A stretch of DNA of 64,000 bases from Fimbriosthenelais zetlandica (taxonomy: Eukaryota): assembly GCA_977030845.1 (NCBI GenBank), contig OZ365114.1, positions 19,840,001 to 19,904,000 on the forward strand. Reading direction: 5' to 3'. The notes beneath the pieces were generated by a model. That model saw only the letters and a list, made by a program, of their open reading frames with translations, searched no databases and was not told where the DNA came from. Position numbers and translations under genes: made by a program. How positions within the stretch are numbered: position 1 is the first letter of the stretch; every line of letters starts with the position of its first letter. This document shows positions 28,117 to 41,086 of the stretch, one piece after another.

Positions 28117-31100
28117 ATGAATTTAGAGGAAAACTTTGACAAGGAGCAAATCCTTATGGATTATGTCCTTTGTGAGGACGTTAGGTAAGCTTGTACACTG
28201 TGTGAGTCGGTGTTTATGTTTTGATATAGGATTTTTTGCGGGCAAAAGCAGGCGACCTGTCTTGTACTAAGTCTTGACACTTGAGTTGACTTGTGGCACC
28301 TGGCTGCTGGCAGGGGGCTCTGGTAGCGGCACCCGGGTCAAAGCAAGATCTTGCTTTGGCACACTAAAATAATAGCCCTATTTCGGCTATTAAATTCTAA
28401 AATACCTGTGTTTGGTGTTTTTCTAGCGGAGTTGTGGATTTACTTGAGAATGGAGCTGACCCTAACCTGCTTCGGCCAGAAGGAGCTGCTCCTCTACATG
28501 TGGCTGCTGGTCTTGAGATGCACCAGGAGGCCATTGTTTGCTTGCTACTCCAATATGGTGCTAACCCCAATATTCGGTTAGTATACGGTATACTATAATC
28601 AAGGAAGAATATTAATTTTTCATATGAATATTAAAATACGGTTGGCTCTGATAGTAATAGTTCATTAGACAGGGCCTAATATTAGTAATAATGTATATGT
28701 AAAGTAAGAAAAAGAAGGACGAGTCATTAGGCTTCAAATTCACCCAAATTTAGTTTTTTTTTCAACCGTAAAATTCACTCTAAATGATCCTAATATCTTT
28801 TGTTTCTTTTCCCCTTCAGGAGCAGTGAGGGTGAGACGCCCCTTCACGTGAGTGCCACCTATGATCGGTGTCAAATACTAAAACTGCTGCTCGTCAATGG
28901 AGCAGATCCCACCATACAGGATGATGTGAGTTTGAAATATTTCTTCATAAATCATTAAACTACTGGTACCTTAATTTCTTTATCCTTATTCTCACATTGA
29001 GCTTGTGGTATTTTCTCCCCCTGAAACTTCTTCAACATACCTTATGGTAGAATTTGATTTTTTTTCCAGGACGGCCAGACAGCTATAGATTGTGCCAGGC
29101 AGGCTGGTTGTGACGTGTGTGTAGTTAATATGACCCGAGTGTTACATGATGAGGATCAAGAGGAAGAACCTAAACCTATTCAATATGTGCCAGGTATTAT
29201 ATATGCTAATTACGGTACATAAAATAAATCAATATGTTAGCTGAGGTGATATGGATATTTTTCCTTATCATCCTCATGGATATTTGGTTGTTTAATAGGT
29301 TAAGTTATTTCTTTATTTTGTTTTTGACTGTTTTAAATTTGTTTTTTTTAAAGATGAGGCTGGTGACGGAATGGCTAACGAGCTGCCAGCGATATATGAT
29401 GGTAGAGATGGTAGCTGGAGAGAGGAAGACAATACTGTAGTAGAAGCTGACGCCACCTCCTCATCAACTCTGAGTTTCCAGACCTGTTCTAGTGACGATA
29501 TAGATACCCACAGCTGGGAGAGTTCACAGGGTTACGACACAGCCCTTATACCTACCATACACCCTCCTCAACACGACTGGATAACATATCGAAATAAAGA
29601 CAAATCCAGAGTACTGAGTGACAGTTTAAAGAAAGTCCCAAATAAAGACGATGCTCAGAGACAGTCATTCCAGTCTGCCCAGGAAGCTAAACGAGAGTTG
29701 ATTGCTAAATTGAGGAGGGGATCGACCGAAGGTGAGAAATCTTACCGAGCTTATAAATGGACCCAGTCTGTGGATAGATGGAATGAGATATACGGGACGA
29801 CAGACGACATGGATATCAGTGAGGAGGACGGTGGTGGATTAAGAGACAGTTCAATCTGTACCCAGGATTTAGAACCTAGCGTCTTTGACGAGGATGATCT
29901 CTCCTTAAAATTAGGTGCGACCTCCTCCAGTGACAGAGATCAAGATTCCACTCCTCTGGAAAAGCTGGAATGTCAAAAGGACGAAGGGGAAGAAAAAACT
30001 GCATCTGGCATGGCCCCACAGGGCTGGTGGCTGTCCAAACTGAAAAGTTGGTGGACCCACAACGACCAAGGAAAGGCTGAAGATAGGGAAGGGGGAGAGG
30101 TGGCCTCAGGAAGCTGCCCGCCTCTCCCTCCCTCTGAAGAACATGAGGTTTCTATATTATCAGAGGAGGAGGAACTACTGGAGGCTGATGATGAAGAGTT
30201 AGACACCACCCTGGGAGTGATGCTGGGTAGATATAAGTTAAATGAGGATCATATACCCACAGATTATAGAGTGAAGAAGACACCCACTCTACCTCCCACC
30301 AATAATCCCACACTGGTCTATGATCCCCTCACAAAGGCCTTCCTACCGAAGACCAGCTCACGTATAGTGGAGAATGCTTCAGACACATTAGACAGTCTTG
30401 GTATTTCTGCCATCTCACACAAGCCTGTAAGTGGAAATCCTCGTATTTGCCTGATTATTGGAAACAAGTTTGGATAAAATTATCCATTAATGAAATATTT
30501 AATCGGTCTAATTTTATTTATTTTATTTGGGTGAATTGTATAAATATAATTTGTAAAATATTTCATTTATATTTTTTCAGGAAGACGTTCCAACCTCGAG
30601 TACAAGGCCTTCTGCGCCCACCTACGGCAGACCCCCGATATCCAGACACCGACACCAAGCCACTGAACCCAAGTTAAAGCCTGCTCACAGAAAGACTGTG
30701 GCCACAGTCTCCCCCAAAAAACCAGCCCCTAAACTACGGAGGCTGTCCTCAGCTTCCTCTACAGGCACTATACAATACCTGTACACTGACGACGAAGAGG
30801 GATTCTCAATCATAGAAACGTGGTTCCCCGTGGAAGACAAACCTCCAACGGAATCCAAAGACCAAAATGACATACCCAAAGGCACTCAAAATGACAAAAA
30901 TACTGCCACTACATCTCAGAAACCTTGCGAGAATCTTATCAATAATGATTTGATGTCAGACCTTGTCAATGGCATAGGAAGGATGAATTTGGAAGATAAT
31001 GAAAGAAAATCTTCAGATATTGTTGGAAGTGTTTCTAAATTTCAAAATGATAGTGTTATAACTAGTGACATTGAGGATCTAAGGAACAGTCAGATCAGAG

Positions 31101-32523
31101 GGAGGCTTGTAGCATTGGGTCAGACTCCTGGTCCTATCATTGAATCCACCAGGAAAATGTATTTACGGCGTCTGGTAAAACTACAGGAGGATCCCAACGT
31201 GGTCTTAGGTGGCGCTGCTCAGTCATCAGGGAAATCAGGTAATGAAATCAAAAGTTTTCACTACTTTTCAAAATGTTCAAAACACTTTTCATCCTGTAAA
31301 CTATTTGACGAGAACTGTTATATGGAAGTACCAAGATTATTTTTCATCCGGTGTTTGTATATTAATATTACAGTTGATCACAGAATTAAATTTCTTCAAA
31401 ATGTGAATAATTAATAGTGAATGTAATTTTGAATATTTCCAGGATATAACCCTGAGCTGAATCGCCTGTTATCTGGCAGTCTAGACACCACTTTACTACA
31501 GAGTTATGAGGACCGTATGTGTGAACCCTTCACCAGCCCTGATCCCTCCCGTCACTGGCGGGAAGGTACCAAAAAATCATCATTCAACTACCTCCTACTG
31601 GACCCCAGAATCACATCTAACCTCCCAGCAAGGCTCAAAATTATAGGTGGGTTTACCCCCATTTTCCCACTAAATCAATTCATATACGGTTGAATATAAT
31701 TTTTTTTAATTTATTTTCTCATGGTATTCTTAAGGTTTTTATTCTCTAATACTTACATTTATTTTATTGTAGTATTATTTAATTTATTCATACAGACTTT
31801 TAAATTTCTTTAGGTGAGAAAGAAGCATTTACCCTCTTTATACAAGCCATCTTCTATGTAGGGAAAGGTAAACGTGCCCGACCCTACGCGCACTTCAAGG
31901 AGGCCATCAAATCTACCAATCTACCCACCAAGGTAAGACAAGAATCCGAGCCAACTGACACAGTACAGAAACTGAGCTATATATACCGCCCATCCTCTCA
32001 TAAATGTTGCTTGTAATAACCAGTTAAACTCTTATGATTGTACCAGGTACCTAGCGCCAAAGTGAAGAGGATCTGTGACATCTGGTCGGACGGTCACGGC
32101 GTCATCTCCATACACGTCTTCCAAAACGTCATCCCTGTCGAGGCTTACACGCGCGAGGCAGCCATGATAGATGGAATAGGTGAGATATAACTATTGTAAT
32201 CATCCAGCCAAATACCACACACTGGGACGTCAATGGAAGCGTCCGATTAGATTGAAGCAAAATGTTCCAGTGTTGAAATTTAAAAAAAAAAATCCAAATC
32301 TTCTCTCTTGAATTATGCATATCATATATAATGTATGTTCTGTTTTATTTCAGGAAGACATAATTTGACAAACGTCAAGGCAGGAGAGTATTATGGGATA
32401 GCGGCTGGCTGGACAAGGACTGCCAAGCAACAGCTAGGATGTCGCCTACTTCATAAAGCATTCCGTATATTTCTCTCAGAAGGAGAACGTCACATCAGGC
32501 CCTCAGATCTTCATGACAACTGA
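28117..32523 (+). CDS. ANKLE1: Ankyrin repeat and LEM domain-containing protein 1 (LEM-3-like GIY-YIG endonuclease), ~934 aa, 10 exons
   Basis: Exons 28117-28184, 28427-28576, 28820-28925, 29070-29193, 29354-30426, 30581-31238, 31443-31646, 31814-31932, 32047-32179, 32354-32523, all phase-consistent. Domains: ankyrin repeats (GADPNL...PLHVAA, GETPLHVSA), LEM (LRNSQIRGRLVALGQTPGPIIESTRKMYLRRL) and GIY-YIG nuclease (SFNYLLLDPR, AIFYVGKGKRARPYAH, FQNVIPVEAYTREAAMI, LTNVKAGEYYG). Exon 1 and the start codon are the least certain part. Confidence 0.93.
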
Positions 32524-33925
32524 TAACACAAATAATACTTAAACGTTATAAAACTATGTCAGACTGGCCATATTCTTTAGATCTCACCTTCACCAAGTAC
32601 TTGCCTGTGTCGTGTCATGCTCTTTTCTTATAATTTATTGTCATAATATTATGATGGATATTTTGGAGTATTCCAAGTGAAAATAATTGTTGTATGTCCA
32701 TGTATAATGTTGGTTTTGTGCTGTTATTTACCTGAGACTTCACTTTTAATGAATTAGTGATGTACTTGTTATGTATGTTTTATATGTTGTGTAGTTAATT
32801 TATTTGTTTATTTGTTGTGATAATCGATTGTTACTTTTCTCAAGAGCTTTCTCTTGCATGTATTATAAATTTTTTCTTTCCTCATTGACTGCCCTTATAG
32901 ACTACAATTTTTCTGTAACTTTATCTACAGCAAATTTCTTTGTCCAATCTCTCTGCTGTGAATCAAATTGCTTGATCATTTGTTAATCTTTGTGTTAGTG
33001 CTGTGTACCTACATGAGTCAAAACTGTCCTAGTCTACTTTACTATTCATTTACCACTGTCTATATATCCGTGAAGATGGTTGATCACGAATTTATCGCAG
33101 AAATGAATGCTTGTGAAATCCTATGTTGAAATCCTATATCCTAATTCTTGAGAGCAAATATAAAATGAAATGGCGCTAGGAGGAGAAGCCCCACGTTTCC
33201 GAAATTATGTGTATCAAAGGTACAATGATTTGATCGTCATTAAAAGCAGGATTATTCAAAACTTTCTTCTACTCTTGTCTAACTTCTAGAGATATAAACC
33301 TTTTGTGAGAAAACAATAAGGCTTCCAAAGGGACACCAATTAATTGGAAGGGTGTGGTTCATATTCAAATATGACTCCTCTCATTGTGTTTATAGGACGT
33401 ATGGAAACCATCCATCCGGAACTCTATTGTCCAACAAGTTATTAGTGGAATAAGAGAGGATTTCTCTCATTGTCTGTGTGGGACAGGGAGCATAGAGGAC
33501 ATATTATCTCAGCTTTAGCAATTGGTTTAATCCGCTAAAGCTTAATCTGAACCGGTGAGTTACATACTTCTACTTGTCATGCTGTGTTAGCATTCTTGTA
33601 CAATCACACACTGATACATGTAACATTGATATTTTTAAATAATCAATATGCCTGTTATTTCAGTATAAATCTGAAAACGGCATTGACATAATTTTATTAT
33701 TTCATACATATTATTATCATATATTATATTTCCCATATCACTGACTGAAAATCCATGAGATGAATACACCCACACTTTGTTGAAAGTAAAGTCAATATTT
33801 CTTCCAATTTATAACCTATTTATTGGGAAATTATAGAATGATATGTAATATTCCAGGATTTCTTGGTTGATGCGTCATACGTGAAGAGTGGGAGTATTAT
33901 TGGTATCAGATTGACTAAATTAATC

Positions 33926-34489
33926 ATGCGAGGCCTGACAGTGACACCATTTATTCTCCTGATTCTATCAGGTCTGGGCACCACGCCCTCCTCTGGTTGC
34001 TCAATCCCTCCTGGACACAAGTTTTATCCACTAGAAGAGATTGTCTACAAGGGGGAGACCGTGGTCTATGGCTATGAAACCGACCGTTACAGTCTCATCG
34101 ATTACTTTCCTCCCAGTCCACAGAACGCTAACTTTCAGGTTCTGTGTGTGTTGAAGAAAGGGCCCAATATCAAGACCATCCCTCAAAAAATCGTCATAGA
34201 GTATGTTTATCCGACTCCCTGTCATCTGACCAATGTGAAGATCGAAGAGCGAGTGATCCTGGCCTTGAAAAAATCAAAATATTCTGATAATTTTCGCTGG
34301 CATGAGATGAACCTGCAGAGTGCTGCCTTGCCAGGAACGACCATCAATTTGGCGAAGACCACGAGTGTGTGTGGACTACAGAACCCAGAAAAACCTCAAG
34401 GTGTAGGCCGAAACAGTCGCTACAGCAGGAAGTCAGGCTGCCCCAGAACCAAATTATATAATAGATTAAGAAAATGTTTGTCATATTAA
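33926..34489 (+). CDS. Small secreted Cys-containing protein (187 aa), CCDC3 N-terminal / NtA-TIMP-like fold suspected; CDS in a single exon
   Basis: Lies within ORF 33863-34489, with ATG at 33926 followed by a signal-peptide-like stretch (MRGLTVTPFILLILSGLGTTPSSG|CSIPP). It has six Cys in the mature region. A possible 5'UTR intron is 33555-33856 (GTGAGT...TTCCAG), and AATAAA is at 34684. The family call rests on remembered motif similarity only. Confidence 0.75.
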   Translation: MRGLTVTPFILLILSGLGTTPSSGCSIPPGHKFYPLEEIVYKGETVVYGYETDRYSLIDYFPPSPQNANFQVLCVLKKGPNIKTIPQKIVIEYVYPTPCHLTNVKIEERVILALKKSKYSDNFRWHEMNLQSAALPGTTINLAKTTSVCGLQNPEKPQGVGRNSRYSRKSGCPRTKLYNRLRKCLSY

Positions 34490-35023
34490 AACATACAAGA
34501 AAACAAACAAATTTACTGGAAGCTTCTTGTGGGCAATTCCATCATGTGAACCCTGCCCTTGTATTAACTCATACAGCCCCTCTGAATATCCATTAATCTA
34601 TTCAAATTAATTTTGATCTTATGTAATTCTAAGCGACCCATATATTTCTTAATTATCCGGATTTTGTATTCAGTACTTTGCTTAATAAAAACCTATTTGT
34701 CTAAAGTTCTTCTCATAGTCATTTAAATATTATAGACGGCGCTCTCCCTGAGAATATCGGCTCTATGGTTTGCCTACCGTGGCATTCATGTCATATGAGA
34801 ATATTAATTAAGGTTATTAATTAGTTAGAGGAATATACGGTTATCTAATGGCTATTGTAGTCTGTGTGAACTCGACAAGATCTTGCTAGTCTGCGCGGGA
34901 AATGCCATTTCGGCCATGAAGACCTGCCCGCCACCTGTGAGCATTATCGTGAAGCGGAAGCCGTTGTAACACCTTTCCAGTGAAGTTTCAGCCAGTTGTG
35001 TTTTGCCATTTGCAGAAAGCAAC

Positions 35024-38000
35024 ATGGGCGACAATAGGGATGTTCTTCTCACTACATTGTCTGAGAGTTTTCTTTCTAATTCAGACAATTTAAGGAATTA
35101 CAGTACTTATATCGATGTTGTTCATGAAAATCAGTTGCTGGGGACGAAGGTGAGTCGCAAATCATGGGTGATCAGCCATATTTTATCCGAAAAGGGGTCA
35201 TTTTCCGCGGCGGTGCGTTAGGCGCCTCCAGTCTCCACGTGTGGGGCCGTCGGACACGGCGTGTGGAGGGTTGGTGGCCCGACCGCTGATCTCATTGGTA
35301 GGCTACTGGGTAGGCCTACTGAATTATCACTTCATCAATCTTTATTTGATTAGGGCAATGTACAAGTCTATGTTTCAAGGTTGCACACATTTTTACAACT
35401 GACTTCCCTATTCCGGGGGTTTTCTGATACCGGGTAGCCTAGCCCTAGGCTATAGGTTTGGAGTGTTCAATACACAATAGTTAATACATACCGGTAAGGT
35501 GTTATGAAATTTCAGTAGGGCCTACTAGTCTGAGAGTTGATTACCGTAACTAGTTTTTACACGTCTCATGCAGTTTTCCCTTTTAATTTCAGAAAAGCTG
35601 CAATATTCAGAACATCGTTTCTGAAATAAATTCTTCCCTAAACACCAGCAAGAAACGGTTGGTATTTTATACAATACAGTGATGACTCAGAGTATAAATT
35701 ATTACCTCACATCTAGGCCTAGGTGTGACAGTGGAGTCAGGTTATAACATAATAAACATTTGTTATTATTATAAATAATTCATTTTACAGTTCAGAAGCA
35801 TTATGTCTACTCCGCGAGTTAATATCGCAGTGTTCTATGGAAGTCTTCACTCAAAATGGAATAAGCTGGCTGCGACTTCTTACTCAAGCACTCAAGGTTA
35901 GGGTCTCGTGTTATAATGGATGATATAATAATGTTATTGATTCTCAATGATTTTCAGTTAAATCCTAATTTTTTGAACTGAGCTAAATGGATTATAAACA
36001 TTTTTTGTGCATCTGCAAGACCTAAAATAAGATCTGTGTGTAGTAACTTGTGATGATTGAATTTGTTTTTAGTCGCACGATCCAGCAGCCACCATAGAGT
36101 TGACCTGCCAGTTGATATCTGAGATCCTTGGTCACACTGTATCATTCCCAGAGTTGAGTCGAGATGTAGCTTCATCAATAATACCATCTCTTATTCCTGT
36201 CCTCCTGGATAATGAGCAGGTATATAGCCCTACCTATAGAATAGCAGCTTTGTTTTTATTGCTTTTTTTCAAAACAAAACTGCAATATTATCGTAAAACT
36301 ATGTCTATTTAAATTTGATAATTCTCATCTTTTAGAACAAATCAGCGGCCTTTACCTGTCTGACAGCATGCATGAGTCATTACAGAGGAGCGAGTGGTCC
36401 TTTCAAGGTGAGAACATATTGAATACATACTACCATTATCCATTAACCACTAAAACATTATCTGTATGCGAATGAATCTGTGAATAAATGAGATTCCTCT
36501 ACTTTAGTTTGAAGTTAATATGCAGTTTACAGATCAATTTAATTAATTTTCTAATATAATTAAGTTCAATGGGCTTCTCTTCAATTCCAGAATAAAATCG
36601 AGGCTAAAGTGGTACCACTATTGGATGGGAGTCACGAAGATCTTGAGGATGTAAGTATACTTATGAACTATTTGCCCAAATCGTCCAATTACGCCAATAC
36701 TTTGTTTGGTATTTAATTGTCATGAACAAAATATCAAATAAAATACAATACTGTAATATAAAATAATAATTGTATGTTCTTGTTTGACAGGTTGCTTGTG
36801 AGTGTTATGCGTTACTGGCCAGCTGTGGAGGAGGTGGTAGTCAGGGTGTAAAACATGCTGAAGCTTGGAGTGTCCTCTCTCAGAGGCTCGTTGGTTCCCT
36901 AAATGACACTCTCACGGCCCTTCTTCAGGCCGTCCAAATGGGTGAGTTCAACACTAGGGTTGTATATCAAATTTATTTTTTAAAATAAAAATTTATTAAT
37001 TTATGATCTTATAAGCCATCAGTGAGGTAACTGATATAGTAGCCTTGATCTTAAATAGTGACTGTTTTTCATCTTTGATGTATATTTGATATTTGCAGGA
37101 GTAGAAGACACACCAGTGCCAGCCCATCGCCTTGTATTAGTTCCTGTACCGGAGGTAGAACCAAGCCGTACCTGCCGCATCCATACCCGCTTCACCTCCC
37201 TCATCAAAGCCTTAAACACCATGTTAAGGTACCTTAAATTACACTCTCTAATCCGAAATATAAACTCAAAAATAACTCAAAACTTAATTTAAGTGATGGA
37301 TTAAGTGAATATCGTTCTGAGGTAATTTCAGTGAATATTTTCTTATTGTATTGTGTTTAAAAGTGATATTTCCCTTTTTAGTACCCGCTATATGACTACC
37401 ATCAAAGTACCAGTAGAAGATATACTACAAGTTATATGCCGAGCTTTATCTGTCACACCAAAACAGATTGTAAGTATTCAGGATCAATGCCATCCAGATA
37501 AAGAAATATTTTGTATGTTACAATTGAGAAGTTCTCAACATTTATGACACATGTAAATACCCCAGCTTTAAACATTAAGGTGTTGCTTAATTTTTGTGAT
37601 TATATTTTGTTCTAGATGTTCCACGCCACCCAGGAAAGAGTTCTTCTCTGTTCTCTCCTTCCCCTTCTTCAAGCAAAAGCTTTCAGTCTTCTAAGATCGC
37701 TTATACACAGGTAAAAATATAATTATAAAAAGACCCAATCTATCATATAATTTGATCAGTTCTCTTAGTAATATTTTCTGTTCCTCATCTTTGATTGATT
37801 TCTAACTTATTAGTAGAAATTCCATTCTCATCGAGGACCGAAATGGCATAATTATATTTTATTGTTTTATTTCTTTTCCAGCTGTAACACTAACCTGATA
37901 GCCTATAGTTCTATGATCAGCAAAATCTTCATCCAGACTTTAAACTGGTCTTCACCCCCCGAGTCGCAGTATGGCCATGAGAAACCTTACAGGTGGGAGC

Positions 38001-40869
38001 TTAATATACCCTCGTCAATCGACCATCTTCATACAGAAATTAGTAAAAGATCGTGAATGACAATTTTAGAAGACTGAAGTTTAACGCGTTCAAAAACCAA
38101 ACTGGTATCTTTTTTGGATACAAGAAAATTACAACTTTGTGCGAATCTGTCCCAAATGTTAACCTTTATGTATGAAAATAATATTAATATGATCTAACAT
38201 GTATTACTAATATTTGACTTTTTTTTTTGTTTATCAGTGGTCTGAAGCTGGAGCTATATCTGAGCCTGTGTAGCTGGGTTCAGGTGGTGGGTGCCTCATC
38301 TGGCTTAGAAAACGTTATGAGTGACCTCCTCACTCATTGGATCAAAGACATCACTCCACAGGTCGACTCTGTTAAGGTGAGGCTTTGTTGATTCGTGCAA
38401 TGTGTATAGAGAGAAGCTCTGTATTCGTTGATTCGTAGCAGTTGCTATAAAATATAATTTTTCAGTGTGTTTTAAATGAGTTATTATTCACAAAGTGAGT
38501 CGCTTCTTTTACCTCAACTAACTTTCAAAATTTGTGGACTAGCTTGACTCGCGGATGTCGCAGAAGGTGGACATTCTCATGGCGGGTGGAGGAAAAAAGA
38601 GACGGAAACATGGAGGGGGAGACGTGGGTCAGCTGACTGGTCAGAGGAAGGTCATAGACGGGGCTAACCAAGCCACGTGTACTGCCGCCTTACAGGGTAA
38701 CTAATTAACTAACTTAATTAATATTTATACCTATCATTCGAGTGAAAATCCTTCCAGTAATGCTTGATGAATTGAATTTTAAATACCAAGAAGTGAAGGA
38801 GTCTGAAGTAAATGATCTTTTGAAACTTGTAAAACATAAGTTGTGATGCATGACTTTAAATGTTTTTTTTATTTTCATTTTTTATAGCCATGAAACAAAT
38901 CATCCTGTCCCTCGGACCCTTCCTAAAGGCAAAGCATCATAAGGTATGTCATCTTTTCCTTACGAGTTGTACCGATCTACCATACAATTATACAACTAAC
39001 TTATAAAGCTTTAGTACTTACAATTTAAAATTTAAAAGGCTCATTTCAAGACCAATTTCTCTTGAGACTTTCTCAATATAGCCAACAGTAACAAATGTAT
39101 ATCAAAGTGCAAATAAAAATGTTAAATCAGCTATTTAAATGTAGATTAGAATCTCTTATATATAATTTAATTATTTTTTCTCTGTTTTTTACTTGGTTTG
39201 TCACAGGTTTTCTGGAAGAGGTCCAGAAAACTAGTCATTGTTTGATTGTACGTATTAACTGCCTGAAGATTGACTAAAATTATATGATAATTCACCTTAC
39301 AGACCCTTCACTCACTCCTGGTACCACTACTTCTGGATATCAACCAGGGAGTACAGAACAGCCAGGGCTGCCCGCCTCTACCCTACACTAACGCCCACTG
39401 TCGCCTGGCTCTCTATCAACTACTCCTGGCGCTGGTTCTCTGTCCCCACTCCTCCTGTCCTCCACCTGTCCAATGTGCCATCCGCCTCTTCACGCTCGGT
39501 CTCAGAGATTCAGATCTTTCTGTAAGTAAACAATGATCAGGATAGTATTTAATGAATAAAGTTTGAAAATGGATGAAATTTGAGGTACAGCACATGATTT
39601 TACGGTATTTTCTCTTTTTAAAAATCCTTGTTATCACAAATTTTAGTCTTCTTCAACTAGTATCAATTTTCATTTACTTGTGGGAACATCCTAAGATATC
39701 CGTACAACGGAGAATATAAATTGGTTTCTTGTTTTATTTTTCCAGGTTTCCTCCAGTTGTTCTGAGTCGCTGGCCATTACAGAAGCCCTCATTCATCCCC
39801 GTGCTCCCCTCCTCTCCTCCCCTCCTGAAAACATCCACGACACCTCCCAGCAGCAGGCCCCATCAAGCGCCTCCTTCGGCTTTGGTTTCTATAATAACGG
39901 ACCCTTCGTCTCCGGGCCTGTCTTCTCTATGGCTTCACAGAGGAAGGACGCTCAGCCCAGTACCGTGCGAGTCAGCCCAGATATACAGGCCATCACCCAG
40001 GCAGCTGGTACATCCAAGATGGCGGATAAACAAGACGTTGAAGTGGTCTCCCTCGGCTCCTCCGACAGTGAAGGGGAAAAGGAAGATGATGAAGAGATAG
40101 AGGAAGAGGGAAGTGTGAATGAAGGGACAGAGGAGGTGATAGCCATAGATGATGATAGTAATTCAGATAGCCCTTCTGGACCCAGCTCCCCTCCTGTACC
40201 CACTTCAGGATTAACATCCCCTCCATCCACCTCAGCACGTACAAAACAACCTGATGATGTTGTGATTACATCTCCACAAGCTGCTGATACTGGTGACTGT
40301 TTGATTGTGTCCGCAGACACTGCTGTAACAGCCGAGCACAGCGAGAAAGCACCAGAAACTGATGATCAAAATGACTGTGTAGTCGATGTGGAGGTGGTGA
40401 GTGAGGGGGACGGTGAGGGAACGTCTGATACAAACCCATTAACAAAGAAACGTAAATACGAAGACGTGGCTGAAAATGGTCAAACAGAGCCCAGCAAGTC
40501 AAATAAGGTGAGTTGGTATGCGTAGAAGATCCTGATTTAATGGTGGTATTATGTCATACCTAGGTGGAAGATTATGATATATCTAGCTGAAAGATTATCA
40601 TATCGAGCTGGAAATTATTATATCTAGCTGGAAGATGCACTACTAGTAAGCATCGGTGCTTAAGACATTAGTAGTAACTTAATATTAAATATTTAGTTAA
40701 TTTACTGTTTTAAAAATATTCATTTCCAGGCTTATGCCAAGTGTTTAGAAGTATGCACATAATCTCTTGCTGCGGTCAAGTAATTTTCAATATTTTTTTT
40801 CAGGTGATAGATAATGACACGGAAGCAATGTTGGCTGCCTTTGTAGATGCTGGACCTGACTCAGAATAG
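35024..40869 (+). CDS. PELP1: Proline-, glutamic acid- and leucine-rich protein 1 (Rix1 orthologue), ~848 aa, 17 exons
   Basis: Exons 35024-35149, 35593-35657, 35791-35896, 36073-36219, 36336-36407, 36591-36650, 36791-36941, 37099-37228, 37382-37469, 37616-37710, 37882-37992, 38238-38376, 38543-38696, 38888-38943, 39303-39521, 39746-40507, 40804-40869, all phase-consistent. PELP1-like segments: ALCLLRELISQCSMEVFTQNGISWL, HDPAATIEL, PYTNAHCRLALYQLLLALVLCP...PPPVQCA, EALIHPRAPL. It has several LxxLL motifs, an acidic/Pro tail and the C-terminus DTEAMLAAFVDAGPDSE. Confidence 0.92.
40561..40640. repeat. Degenerate ~21-bp tandem repeat (TAGCTGGAAGATTATCATATC-like, ~3.5 units) in the last PELP1 intron
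   Basis: Units read taggtggaagattatgatatatc / tagctgaaagattatcatatc / gagctggaaattattatatc / tagctggaagatg. Confidence 0.7.
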
Positions 40870-41076
40870 AAGTGAGCTACAATGCAATGAGTAGGACGGT
40901 GGCGTCATTGTCAGATTCTGAACTAAATTTAGTGAGATATCTGTTTGGCCGAGCCTTTACACGGTGTACAGGGATTACAAACTTGTATTCCGAACTTGGT
41001 GAAAAATTACTGATACTGACTGAACAATTCAGTCTGCATTAGCGACGACGTGTTTTTTCAGCATGTGTATCCAAGA

Positions 41077-41086
41077 AATAAATAAA
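41077..41086 (+). terminator. Likely PELP1 polyadenylation signals
   Basis: Overlapping AATAAA hexamers at 41077 and 41081, about 210 nt after the stop, followed by T/GT-rich sequence. Confidence 0.6.

Noticed and set aside
38760-38810. C/D-box snoRNA-like TGATGA...CTGA in a PELP1 intron
   Set aside because: The boxes are only about 40 nt apart, with no terminal stem or recognisable rRNA guide.
29973-40502. Antisense ORFs over ANKLE1 (29973-30209, 30685-30885) and PELP1 (39952-40320, 39993-40244, 40266-40502)
   Set aside because: They are mirror ORFs of acidic low-complexity exons (Ser/Leu-rich), with no independent evidence.
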